From sequence record OP991903.1: DNA of 64,000 bases; one strand, 5' to 3'. Positions within the stretch are counted from its first letter, which is position 1. The number at the start of each line of letters is the position of its first letter. The translations under genes and the position numbers were made by a program. Below are positions 17,486-27,746 of the stretch, piece by piece. The notes beneath the pieces are model-generated. The model was given only the letters and a program-made list of their open reading frames with translations, had not been told where the DNA came from and made no database searches.

Positions 17486-19114
17486 ATGCGTCTTAATACC
17501 GTACCCTTCAACGTCTGGCTGCTCCGCGTTACCCCAGAGCTGCTAAGGTCGATGCGACCGACGACGACCGGGGAAATCTTTGAGACCGGGACAAACAACC
17601 TTAATAAGGACGGGTTGTTCAGCGTGGAAACGTTTGGTCCCCTCGGCAGCAAGGAACGCGATAAACGTTTCAGTTACATCGAGCTGCACACCTCAATCTT
17701 CCACCCACTGATTCTCAAACGCCTGGGTACCCTGAAGCGTTTGTACCTGGACGTCATTTCCGGTAAACGTTACGCAGTGTGGAACGCAGAAGCGAAAGAC
17801 TTTGTGCCGTCTGACCCTATCGAGGGTGACACCGGGTTTGCTTTCTTCATGAAGTACTTCCCGGAACTGGTCTTTACCCCGGGTGACTCGTCTATACGTA
17901 ACATGCGTATCCAGCTGATTGACAAGAACCGTGAGAACGCCACGACGAAACACGTCCTGGTGATGCCTGCCGGTTTACGTGACATCCAGGTTGACCCGGG
18001 TACCGGGCGGACCAGTGAGGATGAAATCAACAGCTTCTATCGCAGCATGATTGCCACCTCCAACAGTATCAGCATTACCGAAACCAGTAAGAACGACCCG
18101 GTACTGAACGTGCCGCGTATGGCCTTACAGAACGCTTTTAGCCAACTCTACGATATGGTTATCAACTTTATCGACGGGAAAGGCGGGATGGCGCTCGGGA
18201 AGTGGGCATCACGTAAGGTTCGTAACGGGACGGCGAACGTTATCTCCCCGATGATTGTTACCACCAGTCGGTTAGGAGCAAAAGACGCCCCGGGGATTGA
18301 TGACATTCAGATGGGGTTGTTCCAGGGAGTGAAGTCTGTCCTGCCGCAAACCATCTACTACCTGCGTACGGGTTGGCTCGGGAAGAAGTTCGGCGGGGAG
18401 GCGGGGTCGGACGTGTTCCTGACTAACGCCAAGACCCTGAACGCGGAACGGGTCTCGGTCTCGGTGGAAGACTTCGAGAAATACTCAACTCGCGAAGGCC
18501 TGGAGTCGCTGGTCAATAAACTGGCGAAGAAGGAATACCGCCAACGTCCCATTCGTATCGACGGCTATTACCTCGGGCTGGTCTACGTAGGCCCACAAGG
18601 GTTCAAGGTGTTCTCCGACATCAACGAACTCCCTGACGGCTTCGACAAAGCGAAAGTCTATCCGTTAAATTTGACGACCCTCATCTATCTTAGTGGGTAC
18701 CGTCACTGGCATGAGTTCTCCGGAATTTCAACACGTTACCCAGTAGCAGGGGACGGCTCGACGCTGGTTGCCTACATGCGTTTGCTCACCACGACCACTT
18801 CGACCATGATTCCTGAATTGGGCGATGACTGGAAACGAATGGGCGATGACTTCGTAGCAACGGCGTTCCCGGACCAGTCTATTGATGCCACGTTCATTGA
18901 AACCCTGTCACCGCATCTGGCCAACCTGAAAGGGTTAACGGCCGACCACGATGGTGACCGTATGACCTGGACTGCCACTTACAGCCGTGAAGCGAACCAA
19001 GAGTTTGCCAAACTGCGCCGTCAGAAAGAGTGGTTCGTGCACGTCGATGGTCGCCTCAAGCGTACAGCGGTGGTAGACAACGTGGAACTCTTGCTGAGCA
19101 ACATTACAGGATAA
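17486..19114 (+). CDS. virion RNA polymerase beta' N-terminal subunit (phiKZ gp180-like)
   Basis: GLFSVETFG, VLVMPAGLRDI, K.GM..GKWASRKV, RYPV and catalytic-type ADHDGD motif. Confidence 0.9.
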   Translation: MRLNTVPFNVWLLRVTPELLRSMRPTTTGEIFETGTNNLNKDGLFSVETFGPLGSKERDKRFSYIELHTSIFHPLILKRLGTLKRLYLDVISGKRYAVWNAEAKDFVPSDPIEGDTGFAFFMKYFPELVFTPGDSSIRNMRIQLIDKNRENATTKHVLVMPAGLRDIQVDPGTGRTSEDEINSFYRSMIATSNSISITETSKNDPVLNVPRMALQNAFSQLYDMVINFIDGKGGMALGKWASRKVRNGTANVISPMIVTTSRLGAKDAPGIDDIQMGLFQGVKSVLPQTIYYLRTGWLGKKFGGEAGSDVFLTNAKTLNAERVSVSVEDFEKYSTREGLESLVNKLAKKEYRQRPIRIDGYYLGLVYVGPQGFKVFSDINELPDGFDKAKVYPLNLTTLIYLSGYRHWHEFSGISTRYPVAGDGSTLVAYMRLLTTTTSTMIPELGDDWKRMGDDFVATAFPDQSIDATFIETLSPHLANLKGLTADHDGDRMTWTATYSREANQEFAKLRRQKEWFVHVDGRLKRTAVVDNVELLLSNITG

Positions 19115-19121
19115 TCGGACA

Positions 19122-22100
19122 ATGACCGAACTCGAAATCACCGACTTCTATCGTCGGTTCGGGGTGAAGGCGGTGGGCAACCTTGGGATGCCCCGCCTGT
19201 TCGACCTTGAGAACTGGGCTGCGCCTAAAAACGCAGTCTACCATTATATCCCCCAGTCGATGGCTGACTTTGGTCCGGACATCAACTTCTTCCCTGTTCG
19301 CCTGTCGAACAAGAAACCGTATCTGCTCTCGGTGGATACGCTGGGTGAGTTGAACAGTCTGGAAGGGAATGTCCGTCGCATTGGTTCGGTGAACCTGACC
19401 AACCTGATTCGCACCTACCTGCGCAAGCACCCGGAATTCCGCCGGGTGGATAACTGGGAACGTGTGCTTCAGGACCGGAAGGTTCCGATTATGTTCAACT
19501 ACGGTCTGGCTCCGTTGCAGTATAAGTACGCACCGCTGCCGTTAACGCGCCTGTACCGTTTTAAGAACATGATGCGTTCGGTGTATGGGAACATTGCGAA
19601 GGTGGTCGGGGAATCAGACCGTAACCACTTTATCATTGTTCGTCTGCCGGAGAAGATTCCGCTGCGTATGCACCTGAATCGGGCCATCGAATCCATGTCA
19701 CTGGCGCAAATCTTTGCTCCACTGTCACACAGCCTTCAGGATACGCTCCAGGACCACCGTCAGAACCGTGAAGAGCAAGAGTTCGACACGTACGGTGAGT
19801 TCTTCCGTGCGGCGCACCCTGAGCTTTACGCGGACGATGACACGGGCCTGGAAAGCTTTGACGAAACGCCTCTCGATACCGACATGGAGCTCCACTTCAA
19901 CGTGGGTGACTCGATTGCAATGGAATCGGGGGTCTCGGTGGAAGAGATGTCGCGCATGACGCTAGGGTTGTTTGAGAATGACACCCAGCTGTTGATTGCG
20001 GACATGTGGAAATGGCTTTCGGATAACCGCGCTGATTCCCTGATGGGGTTAATCCCGGAAGAGCATCTGGATAAAGTGAACCTGGTGTTCACCGAATCCG
20101 GCAAGTTCTCCGTGTTGAACCTGGGGCGCATGAACGGGTTCCGTGAAGACAAAGAGCAAGGGAAACAAGGGCTGGGCTTCAGCGCACTGTCCAAGAACTT
20201 CTCGGTTTACCTCTCTTCCATGACCGCCCTGCGTTCCGTTGCTGACCCTGCGCGTGTACTGGAGAGCATTCCTGATAACACCGAGGACGAACCGGTGGCG
20301 TTAGCCGTGACGGGTGACAGCGGAGAGAACACGGTGCAAGCCGAGGTCTCCAGTGACCCCACGACCGGTATTGCGCCCACGGTGAACCCAGGGCAAACGT
20401 TGGGTGCTGCGGGCGCAGGGAAAAAGCTGACGGTGAAATCGGTATTGGGTAAAACCAACGAGCCGGTGAAACAACCACACTCGGTGAGTATTCCGGTAGA
20501 AGTAGAGGAAGACGTTCAGGTACCAGTAATGGTGAACAACACCGACCCACTGGTTGCCGGGATTGATGCCCAGACGCAAGAGCTGCTCTCTCAGGGCGTG
20601 TTGTCCGTGGCAGAACGTCGTCGCTTCCTGAAGATGGCTGAGCGTTACAAGGAGCTTCCCGCACCGTTCGATGACGGGACCAGCAAGACACTGGCCGAGT
20701 TTATGGACATTCCGCACGGTAAGCTGTGGGACTTCAAACCAAGGAAGATTCCGGACAACGAACACGTCCCGGATAAGTCGATGCTCGAGTCCACCCTGAT
20801 GGATTACGACCCGGTCTACATCAAAGAGGTGTTCCACAAAGACACCGCGCGGATGGTGATGCACTTCCAGAAGGCAGGCTTCGCGATTACGCAGTATGAT
20901 GTCGAACGTAACACCGACGCCCTGAACGACCTGAACAGCTACGTCCTGAAGTTCAACCCGGTCTCTGGTATCTCAACCCCTGTGAAGTTCCAGCTCCCTG
21001 TGATTCAGGAAAGCGGGAAATACATGGTGGGTGGCGTTAAGTACTACATGCGTAAGCTGCGTACTGACAAACCTATCCGTAAGATTGCGGATAACCAGGT
21101 GTCCTTGTCGACCTACTACCCGAACAAACTGATGGTCATGCGCAGTGGGAAGAAGGTGGATAACTACGGGACGTGGTTAACTGACGGGATGCGTGCCAAC
21201 ATCCTCTCTGAGTCGGCAACGATTGAGAAAGTGGTGTACGGTAAGAGCTATGCACCGCAACAACCGGTGCCGCGTACGTACTCGGCAGTGGCCATGGAGT
21301 TCGTGGAGTTCCAGACGAAGGGGTATCAGTTCTTCTTCGACTACCCGAACATCATGAACAACTTTGGTGCCACGCCAAAGAGTAACGATTACGTGCCTGT
21401 GGCGAAAGCATTGAAAGGGAACGGTCTGTTGTACATGGACCACAACGGTTATCTGTACAACGGCCTCGGTCCAGAGATGAAGACCATTGGGTCGTTCGCG
21501 GAATTCGTGGGGATGGACCCTGCGAAGGAACCGACCGAGATTGCTACGGTGACCGTGTTAGGCGAAGAAGTTCCATTGGCAGCGGTGCTGACGTATTTGG
21601 TTGGGATTAAAGGTCTGACCGAAATGATTGGCGGCCCTGACCGCCGTCGGGTGAAGGGAACCAAACGTGACACCACGGATAAAGAATTCGAGATTGCCTT
21701 CGAAGACGAAATCTGGGTGTTCCCGAAGAACGGTACAACCCGTTCTCTGGTGTGGGGGTCATTAAGCGCATGGCGTCGTGGACTTCGTTCCATGCCAATG
21801 AGCGACTTCGACTCTCGCGATTCGTTCTTCCCACTGTTCAACGAATACGGTTTGAATGCGCGTCATCTTCGTGAGATTGACCTGCTGGACAAACTGTTCA
21901 TCGACCCGATTAGTGCTGACGTGTTGCGTCAGATGAAGGAACCGGACAACTTCGTCCCGCTGCTGATTAAAGCCGCCCATTATCTCGTGACCGATGAGTA
22001 CCCGGATGACCAGTCTGCGGACTACGCCTTGTATAAAGGTTACGAACGCATGAACGGTGCCGTGTATCGCAGCATCTGTAAGTCGGTTCGTCAGTATGCG

Positions 22101-23636
22101 TCTCACCCGAACCGCGGTAAAGCCGCAGTCGACGTGAACCCGTTTGACGTGTTGATGAGCATTCAACAGGACCCGTCGGTTTCTCTGGTTGAGGAGTCGA
22201 ACCCGATTCACAACCTGAAAGAGAAAGAGAGTGTAACGTACTCCGGTGTCGGTGGGCGCTCTAAGCGTTCCATGGTTCGCCGTACACGTGCATTCCACCC
22301 AACCGATGTCGGGACTCGTTCGGAAGCCACAGTGGACTCCGGCGACGTAGGGATTAACTTCTCTCTGTCTGCGAACCCGAACCTCACCAGCCTGCGCGGA
22401 ACTACTGTTGGGTTAGATGCGGCCGAGACCGGTACCGCCAGGATGCTGAGTACGTCGGCGCTGGTGTCTCCGTTCGCCACCTACGATGACCCGAAACGTG
22501 TAAACTTTATCTCGATTCAGCAGGACCACGCCGTTGCCACGGTAGGGACTGAAATCTCCCCGATTCGTACCGGCTACGAGCGCGTCATGGCACACCGTGT
22601 GGATGACCTGTTCGCGAAGACAGCGAAGGCGGCGGGTAAGATTACCGAGAAGACGGACGAGTACGTGGTTATCACGTATGACGACCCGAAACTGGGTGAA
22701 GAACGTATCGAGATTGGTCGCCGCTTTGGTACTGTCACCGGTAAGTGCTTCCCGCACGACCTGGTCTGTGACCTGGAAGTGGGGACGAAGTTCAAAGAGG
22801 GTGCGGGGATTGCGTACAACACTGGGTTCTTTGCCCGTGACTGGCGTAACCCAATGGACCTCTGCTGGAAGAACGGTGCGCAAGCGTACGTTGGCCTGTG
22901 GGAAACTAACGACACCTACGAAGACTCCTCACGAATTTCTCGTCGCCTGTCGGGTAAACTGTTAGCCAACACCTCGCATATCCGTACCATCCTGCTCAAC
23001 TTCGACCAGAACGCACACCAGTTAGTAAAAGTGGGTGATGTCCTGGACGTTGATGACGTGCTCTGCTACATCGAAGAAGCGTTGGCGGGTCAATCCTCGC
23101 TGAACGATGAAACGGTGGAAAACCTGAAGCGTCTGAGTCGGTCAGCGCCGCGTGCCAAGTATAAAGGTACCGTGGACAAGATTGAGGTGATTTACTTCGG
23201 GGACAAGGAAGACATGTCAGCGTCACTTTCGAAGATTGCGACGAAAGCAGACGGTCAACGTGCGCGGTTAGCGAAGGCGTTAGGGAAAGGTGCAGCGACC
23301 ACGGGTCGTATCACTACCCCTGCTCGTGTTGATGGTCAGCAGGTTGACCTGAACATGGTGGCGATTCGTGTCTTTATCACGGGTCAAACGCTGATGGGAG
23401 ATGGTGACAAACTGGTGGTTGGTAACCAGTTGAAGTCGGTTATCACCGGGACCATCGAAGGAACCTTCCAGACGGACGGCGAAGTCATTAAGGGGGCGGG
23501 ACCGGTTGATGTGGACGTACAGTTCTCGTACCGCTCCATCAACGCCCGTATTGTAAACTCACCAATTCTTATGGGTATAGGCAACCTCTTACTGGAAGCC
23601 CTTGGCCGTGAGATGGCGGCGAAGTTTAACGCGTAA
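19122..23636 (+). CDS. virion RNA polymerase beta N-terminal subunit (phiKZ gp178-like)
   Basis: 1504 aa; VTYSGVGGR, FHPTDVG..SEAT.DSGDVG, SIQQDH, TYEDS..IS, GDKLVVGNQLKSV motifs. Confidence 0.9.
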   Translation: MTELEITDFYRRFGVKAVGNLGMPRLFDLENWAAPKNAVYHYIPQSMADFGPDINFFPVRLSNKKPYLLSVDTLGELNSLEGNVRRIGSVNLTNLIRTYLRKHPEFRRVDNWERVLQDRKVPIMFNYGLAPLQYKYAPLPLTRLYRFKNMMRSVYGNIAKVVGESDRNHFIIVRLPEKIPLRMHLNRAIESMSLAQIFAPLSHSLQDTLQDHRQNREEQEFDTYGEFFRAAHPELYADDDTGLESFDETPLDTDMELHFNVGDSIAMESGVSVEEMSRMTLGLFENDTQLLIADMWKWLSDNRADSLMGLIPEEHLDKVNLVFTESGKFSVLNLGRMNGFREDKEQGKQGLGFSALSKNFSVYLSSMTALRSVADPARVLESIPDNTEDEPVALAVTGDSGENTVQAEVSSDPTTGIAPTVNPGQTLGAAGAGKKLTVKSVLGKTNEPVKQPHSVSIPVEVEEDVQVPVMVNNTDPLVAGIDAQTQELLSQGVLSVAERRRFLKMAERYKELPAPFDDGTSKTLAEFMDIPHGKLWDFKPRKIPDNEHVPDKSMLESTLMDYDPVYIKEVFHKDTARMVMHFQKAGFAITQYDVERNTDALNDLNSYVLKFNPVSGISTPVKFQLPVIQESGKYMVGGVKYYMRKLRTDKPIRKIADNQVSLSTYYPNKLMVMRSGKKVDNYGTWLTDGMRANILSESATIEKVVYGKSYAPQQPVPRTYSAVAMEFVEFQTKGYQFFFDYPNIMNNFGATPKSNDYVPVAKALKGNGLLYMDHNGYLYNGLGPEMKTIGSFAEFVGMDPAKEPTEIATVTVLGEEVPLAAVLTYLVGIKGLTEMIGGPDRRRVKGTKRDTTDKEFEIAFEDEIWVFPKNGTTRSLVWGSLSAWRRGLRSMPMSDFDSRDSFFPLFNEYGLNARHLREIDLLDKLFIDPISADVLRQMKEPDNFVPLLIKAAHYLVTDEYPDDQSADYALYKGYERMNGAVYRSICKSVRQYASHPNRGKAAVDVNPFDVLMSIQQDPSVSLVEESNPIHNLKEKESVTYSGVGGRSKRSMVRRTRAFHPTDVGTRSEATVDSGDVGINFSLSANPNLTSLRGTTVGLDAAETGTARMLSTSALVSPFATYDDPKRVNFISIQQDHAVATVGTEISPIRTGYERVMAHRVDDLFAKTAKAAGKITEKTDEYVVITYDDPKLGEERIEIGRRFGTVTGKCFPHDLVCDLEVGTKFKEGAGIAYNTGFFARDWRNPMDLCWKNGAQAYVGLWETNDTYEDSSRISRRLSGKLLANTSHIRTILLNFDQNAHQLVKVGDVLDVDDVLCYIEEALAGQSSLNDETVENLKRLSRSAPRAKYKGTVDKIEVIYFGDKEDMSASLSKIATKADGQRARLAKALGKGAATTGRITTPARVDGQQVDLNMVAIRVFITGQTLMGDGDKLVVGNQLKSVITGTIEGTFQTDGEVIKGAGPVDVDVQFSYRSINARIVNSPILMGIGNLLLEALGREMAAKFNA

Positions 23637-23644
23637 AACAACCC

Positions 23645-23668
23645 ACGAGGGTAGGGCCCTACCCTCGT
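23645..23668. repeat. 24-bp perfect palindrome
   Basis: ACGAGGGTAGGGCCCTACCCTCGT is its own reverse complement. Confidence 0.95.
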
Positions 23669-23694
23669 TGCTCCTTATTAAGGATACCGGTACC

Positions 23695-23904
23695 ATGAAC
23701 GATAACGAACAGAAGACAGCACTGTTTGCGAACCTGATTGAAATTCAGAGTCGCGTGCTGCTGAAGAACAACTCCGAGGACTTCCAGATTCCGGAAGACG
23801 CGATTCCACCAGGGATGAATAAAGCCCAATGGGTTCGCGAACAAGTGGCCGCTGCTCTGGGCAACGCCGTTAATGCACAAGCCCTCATGAAGGAGGTGGC
23901 GTAA
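23695..23904 (+). CDS. small putative head protein
   Basis: Start ATG 23695 (AAGGA RBS); syntenic with small gene between vRNAP beta and head protein. Confidence 0.65.
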   Translation: MNDNEQKTALFANLIEIQSRVLLKNNSEDFQIPEDAIPPGMNKAQWVREQVAAALGNAVNAQALMKEVA

Positions 23905-23905
23905 A

Positions 23906-25396
23906 ATGTTAAGCCGTCCATCCCTTGAGTTGGCGCGCCTGTTGGCAGTCAACACCGAAAGCCTGAAAATCACCAACCCGAACCCAACGCTGTTTGATGA
24001 CGCCGTGCGTTATTCACTACCGATGGTGCGTAAGCAGGGCCAACAGGTATCGCTGGAAAGCTACGTCGAAGAAGTGGCGGTCACGGCCGATGTGACTTCC
24101 GATGACGGGTTCAGTCAACATGAAGCCGCTGTAGCCGATGCCAGTGAAGTATTGCTGGAAGGTCTGGTCACCCAGATGAGCTACGTGCGTAACACCGTGC
24201 TGCCAGTGATTTCACAAATCTCGAGCGACGTACTGGAGAAAGTGAAAGACAGCGAGCCGCGTGACCTGGAAGTGGTGCAGTACGAACCGTCACCGCTGGT
24301 GAAGTCTGCCCTGGTGCGTGAAATCGTTAGTAAGTTCAAAGTCAAACAGGAACTGAACAAACTGGTGCGTAATGCGCCGGAGCGTGAAGAGAACCGTCTG
24401 ATTGGTGGAATGCACACTGGCATCCCAGAACTCGACGATGCGCTGGCTGCGTCCATCGGTAAATATGGCACGGGTGTGGTAACCAAGTTGTACAACGCGG
24501 TGTTCCGTGGCGAGTACGACCGTTCCCCAACGAGCATGAACGACGAGATTTACCGTCTGCTCCAGAAAACCCCAAGCGGCACCTTTACCCTGATGCCGTT
24601 CACCCAGGAAAACGCCGACCTCGGTATTATCCTGTACTTCCTGGTTGACTCTCTGGTCACCGACCCGCTGGAAGGCACTGGTCTGGGTCTGGCTGAGTAC
24701 GAGAACGCCATGGGTGCGTTACGTAACCAGGTTGGCTTGGTTGCGCATATGGCCCTGCGCCAGTATGACGATGCTATCAACGCCGGTAAAATGGTTATCC
24801 GTCGTCCCCGTGCTGGTACCTTCCAGTTCCGTGACGGTGATGGCCAGGTGGTGGTGTTCGCTGAAGTGTACCGTAAGTTCCTCGACCAGGGCGGTTCTCC
24901 GGAAGCATTGATTGGTGGCGCGACCACTGACAAACCGGTGATGTTCCTGTCTGAGTACTTGCAGAACAAAGACCACTTCGCCAGCCTGTGGAAAAAGTTG
25001 ACCGACGAGCGTGAAGCGTTCAGTCGTAAGACTATCCTCACCCGTATTGGTGAAGGACTCATCCACTGTGCGGATGCGCGTATTCGTGCGCTGCCTGCTG
25101 ACCAATTCCCTGCCGGTGAAGACCGCGTGGCGAAGGTCGCAGAAATGCGTACTGCGATGCAAGACCTTCCTGCCTTCTTTAAAGGTTGGGACGTTCAGGA
25201 CACCCCGAACGTGTACGACCTGGTGAAAGATAAAGTCTGCGCCCACGTCTTCAACTTTGTTGACGCCCGCGGTATTATCGACACCATCAACGAAGAGCTG
25301 GAAGATGGCGAAGCGCACCCGGCACATGCGGCCTGGTATGCAGCCCTGCGCTACATGGCCAAATGGTCTGCGGCTAACTTCACCATCACGCAATAA
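23906..25396 (+). CDS. putative internal head (ejection) protein
   Basis: 496 aa, position in virion block, N-terminal SLE-S protease-type site. Confidence 0.65.
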   Translation: MLSRPSLELARLLAVNTESLKITNPNPTLFDDAVRYSLPMVRKQGQQVSLESYVEEVAVTADVTSDDGFSQHEAAVADASEVLLEGLVTQMSYVRNTVLPVISQISSDVLEKVKDSEPRDLEVVQYEPSPLVKSALVREIVSKFKVKQELNKLVRNAPEREENRLIGGMHTGIPELDDALAASIGKYGTGVVTKLYNAVFRGEYDRSPTSMNDEIYRLLQKTPSGTFTLMPFTQENADLGIILYFLVDSLVTDPLEGTGLGLAEYENAMGALRNQVGLVAHMALRQYDDAINAGKMVIRRPRAGTFQFRDGDGQVVVFAEVYRKFLDQGGSPEALIGGATTDKPVMFLSEYLQNKDHFASLWKKLTDEREAFSRKTILTRIGEGLIHCADARIRALPADQFPAGEDRVAKVAEMRTAMQDLPAFFKGWDVQDTPNVYDLVKDKVCAHVFNFVDARGIIDTINEELEDGEAHPAHAAWYAALRYMAKWSAANFTITQ

Positions 25397-25410
25397 GCTA
25401 AGGGACAACG

Positions 25411-26136
25411 ATGGACATTACCAAACTGAAACGTAATCCCGCCGTCGTTGTCGCTGCCTTGAAAGAACTCCCGGACGGGTCTCTTGCAGTCCTCAAACCC
25501 TGTAGGATTCACGTCCCGGAAACCTTCCGTTCGAAGCAGTTGCTGACAATGGGACGGGACACCCTGTCCATGGGGTTCTTCTCGGTAATCCTCGATAGCG
25601 GCGAGTACGGCGTTTACACTATCCCGGCCATGATTCGTTTGAATCCTGCTGAGACGGTGACCACGACCATTGACGAACGCGAGTACTACGAGTTCCGGTT
25701 CCAACCGGGACAAATCCTCGTGAAGTCCACTGACCTGGTGAAGGATAACATCCTCCTTTATTACCTGGTTGAAGAGATTGTGGCGCGTGGCCGTATTCCG
25801 TGGTATTACACCTACGAAGACCTGGGTGAGTTCTTCAACCTGATGTTGAAGTACGCCGGGTCCAGTCTGGTGTTAACGCCTGCGGTAGGGGAAATGGTTA
25901 TTGCGCAGATTGCGCGCATGATGGCTGACCGTCGTCGTCCTATCCGTGAAATCCTGAAGAAGGTAGCGGAAGACGTCTCTGACCGGGTAGCGTGGGTTCC
26001 GCTCCGTAACGTAGAGTTCGGGGCACAGGACACCACGGCGAAGGTAACCGGTAGTTACATGGCGGAAGGCCTTGATTCGGCAATCGTGAACCCTAGCGAC
26101 AAAGTCAGTAAAATGGAATCTATCCTTCGAACGTAA
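25411..26136 (+). CDS. virion RNA polymerase beta' middle subunit (phiKZ gp176-like)
   Basis: 241 aa, synteny between head protein and prohead protease; VEMVIAQIAR / AKVTGSYM.EGL.SAIV pattern. Confidence 0.7.
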   Translation: MDITKLKRNPAVVVAALKELPDGSLAVLKPCRIHVPETFRSKQLLTMGRDTLSMGFFSVILDSGEYGVYTIPAMIRLNPAETVTTTIDEREYYEFRFQPGQILVKSTDLVKDNILLYYLVEEIVARGRIPWYYTYEDLGEFFNLMLKYAGSSLVLTPAVGEMVIAQIARMMADRRRPIREILKKVAEDVSDRVAWVPLRNVEFGAQDTTAKVTGSYMAEGLDSAIVNPSDKVSKMESILRT

Positions 26137-26148
26137 GTGAGGCGCACA

Positions 26149-26877
26149 ATGGACCATGAAGTAGAAATGCTGCGTTACCTCCTGCGTCAACCTCCTCACG
26201 TGCTGCAAGGATTGGAACTTGACCCCAAGCCCGGGGTCACGTACCACGTTTCCCCCAACAAGACAATTGAGGTGTTCTCCCCGCGCAAGATTCAACGAAC
26301 GATGGAGTCGGAAGACGAACTTGTTCCGCGTGTCTGTACTGGGGTGACCATTCTTGATTGTATCCGCGGCTATGCCGTTATGGCCCGCGACTACCTGAAA
26401 GACCGAGCAACCTGTGCCGGGGATGATGACTGGTTGGGGGGTTACACCCTCTACGCCATCCCGTACCAGAGTTCGGTGTTCCCTAAACCGTCCATGGCTC
26501 CGATGGCGAAGTGGTGCCGTGAGCGGTGGTTGGTGGATTACCTGGAAGAAGAGCAGCAATACCCGGCGCAACAAGTCGGGAAGTTCTTTATTCAGGCCAT
26601 CAAGATTCAGAAAGATGACCACGCCATTAACGTGGAGGTTGACATCTATCTGGAAATCTTCGGGGACCAGGAAGTTCCGTGGGATAACACCCTCGGGCTA
26701 CTAAAAGGGTTCCATCACTTCTCGATTCCGTTCTTCGATTCTTACTACTCGAACCGCTATCAGCAGCAAGAGATTAGATATGAAGCGATTACGCGTGAAG
26801 CGTATGAAACCTGGAAAAAAAGAAAAGCTGCGTTGTTGAACTACGACGGCGCGCCGGATTGGACATCGCGCTGGTAA
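26149..26877 (+). CDS. hypothetical protein, possible ADP-ribosyltransferase-like fold
   Basis: YHVS....I..F.PR......ED...PRVC motif; start ATG 26149. Confidence 0.5.
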   Translation: MDHEVEMLRYLLRQPPHVLQGLELDPKPGVTYHVSPNKTIEVFSPRKIQRTMESEDELVPRVCTGVTILDCIRGYAVMARDYLKDRATCAGDDDWLGGYTLYAIPYQSSVFPKPSMAPMAKWCRERWLVDYLEEEQQYPAQQVGKFFIQAIKIQKDDHAINVEVDIYLEIFGDQEVPWDNTLGLLKGFHHFSIPFFDSYYSNRYQQQEIRYEAITREAYETWKKRKAALLNYDGAPDWTSRW

Positions 26878-26892
26878 AGAGGGGAATGAGGA

Positions 26893-27657
26893 ATGTCAAC
26901 GGCATTCGAGTGCACAGTGCTCAAAGGTGTGAACAACACCGGTAAAATCAAACGGTTGGACAACGGCTACGTAGAAGTCGTGCTCGGAGCACTGGAGCAC
27001 CCAAACAGCTACGGGGCGGTGTACGACGAAGGGCGTGCCCGCGAGTTCCTGCGTCAGGGGTCGGTGTTCATGCGCCGTATCTCGCAAGGGTTCTTACGTG
27101 GTGAGCTGGGGCATCCACCTCAGCGTGAATGTCGTGACTACAATGACTACGTAGAGCGCATCCACACCATCCTGGAAAAGAACGTGGCCATCCATATCCG
27201 TAAGGTGTGGATTGATTCTAACCATGTTCTGAACGACGGCCGTAAGTGTATCGCTATCATGGGTGAGATTTGCCCGGATGGTCCGCACGCACACGTGGTC
27301 GAGCGTCTGTTGAACAACCCGTCGGCGAACCTTGCCTTCAGTATTCGTTCAATGGCGACCGACAAATACGTCGCTGGGAAAAAACGCAAGTACCTGGATG
27401 CTATCATTACCTGGGACGTGGTGAACGAACCGGGCCTGGATGTGGCGACCAAGTACAATTCCCCGTCGTGCGAAAGTTTCCAGGACATCGAGCGCGTGGC
27501 AGCCAACCTGCCTGCAATCCGTGCCATGGCAGAACGTCGTACGTCCCAGGGTGTTGCAGTAGAGAGCAGCATCGCACAAACTCTGGATGCCGTGAAGCGT
27601 CTGGAGAAGAACCAGTTGTCGAATGCCCAACCGGCAGTGACCCGCTGGCTGAAATAA
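26893..27657 (+). CDS. prohead maturation protease (phiKZ gp175 / T4 gp21-like)
   Basis: GELGHP (His), FSIRS (Ser), TWDVVNEPG (Asp) catalytic motifs; C-terminal AVE-S self-cleavage-type site. Confidence 0.9.
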   Translation: MSTAFECTVLKGVNNTGKIKRLDNGYVEVVLGALEHPNSYGAVYDEGRAREFLRQGSVFMRRISQGFLRGELGHPPQRECRDYNDYVERIHTILEKNVAIHIRKVWIDSNHVLNDGRKCIAIMGEICPDGPHAHVVERLLNNPSANLAFSIRSMATDKYVAGKKRKYLDAIITWDVVNEPGLDVATKYNSPSCESFQDIERVAANLPAIRAMAERRTSQGVAVESSIAQTLDAVKRLEKNQLSNAQPAVTRWLK

Positions 27658-27661
27658 TACA

Positions 27662-27697
27662 ACGGGAGGGTTCGCCCTCCCGTGTATGCTGTTTTTT
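27662..27697 (+). terminator. terminator; 31-nt element identical to 50735-50765
   Basis: ACGGGAGGG-TTCG-CCCTCCCGT-GTATGCTGT then T run. Confidence 0.75.
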
Positions 27698-27746
27698 AAT
27701 ACGTCATCCAACCACTGTATGTTAACTACTTAAAAGGAATCTCGTG

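Noticed and set aside
17486-23636. Bacterial rpoB/rpoC locus, or introns/inteins in the RNAP genes
   Set aside because: Split, divergent subunits amid phage virion genes indicate a phage vRNAP; frames are continuous with no homing endonuclease or intein motifs seen.
23602-23694. 5' extensions in the ORF track (also 7822, 32335, 37895, 43215, 51739, 57453)
   Set aside because: They cross terminators or overlap upstream genes; downstream starts have proper RBSs.
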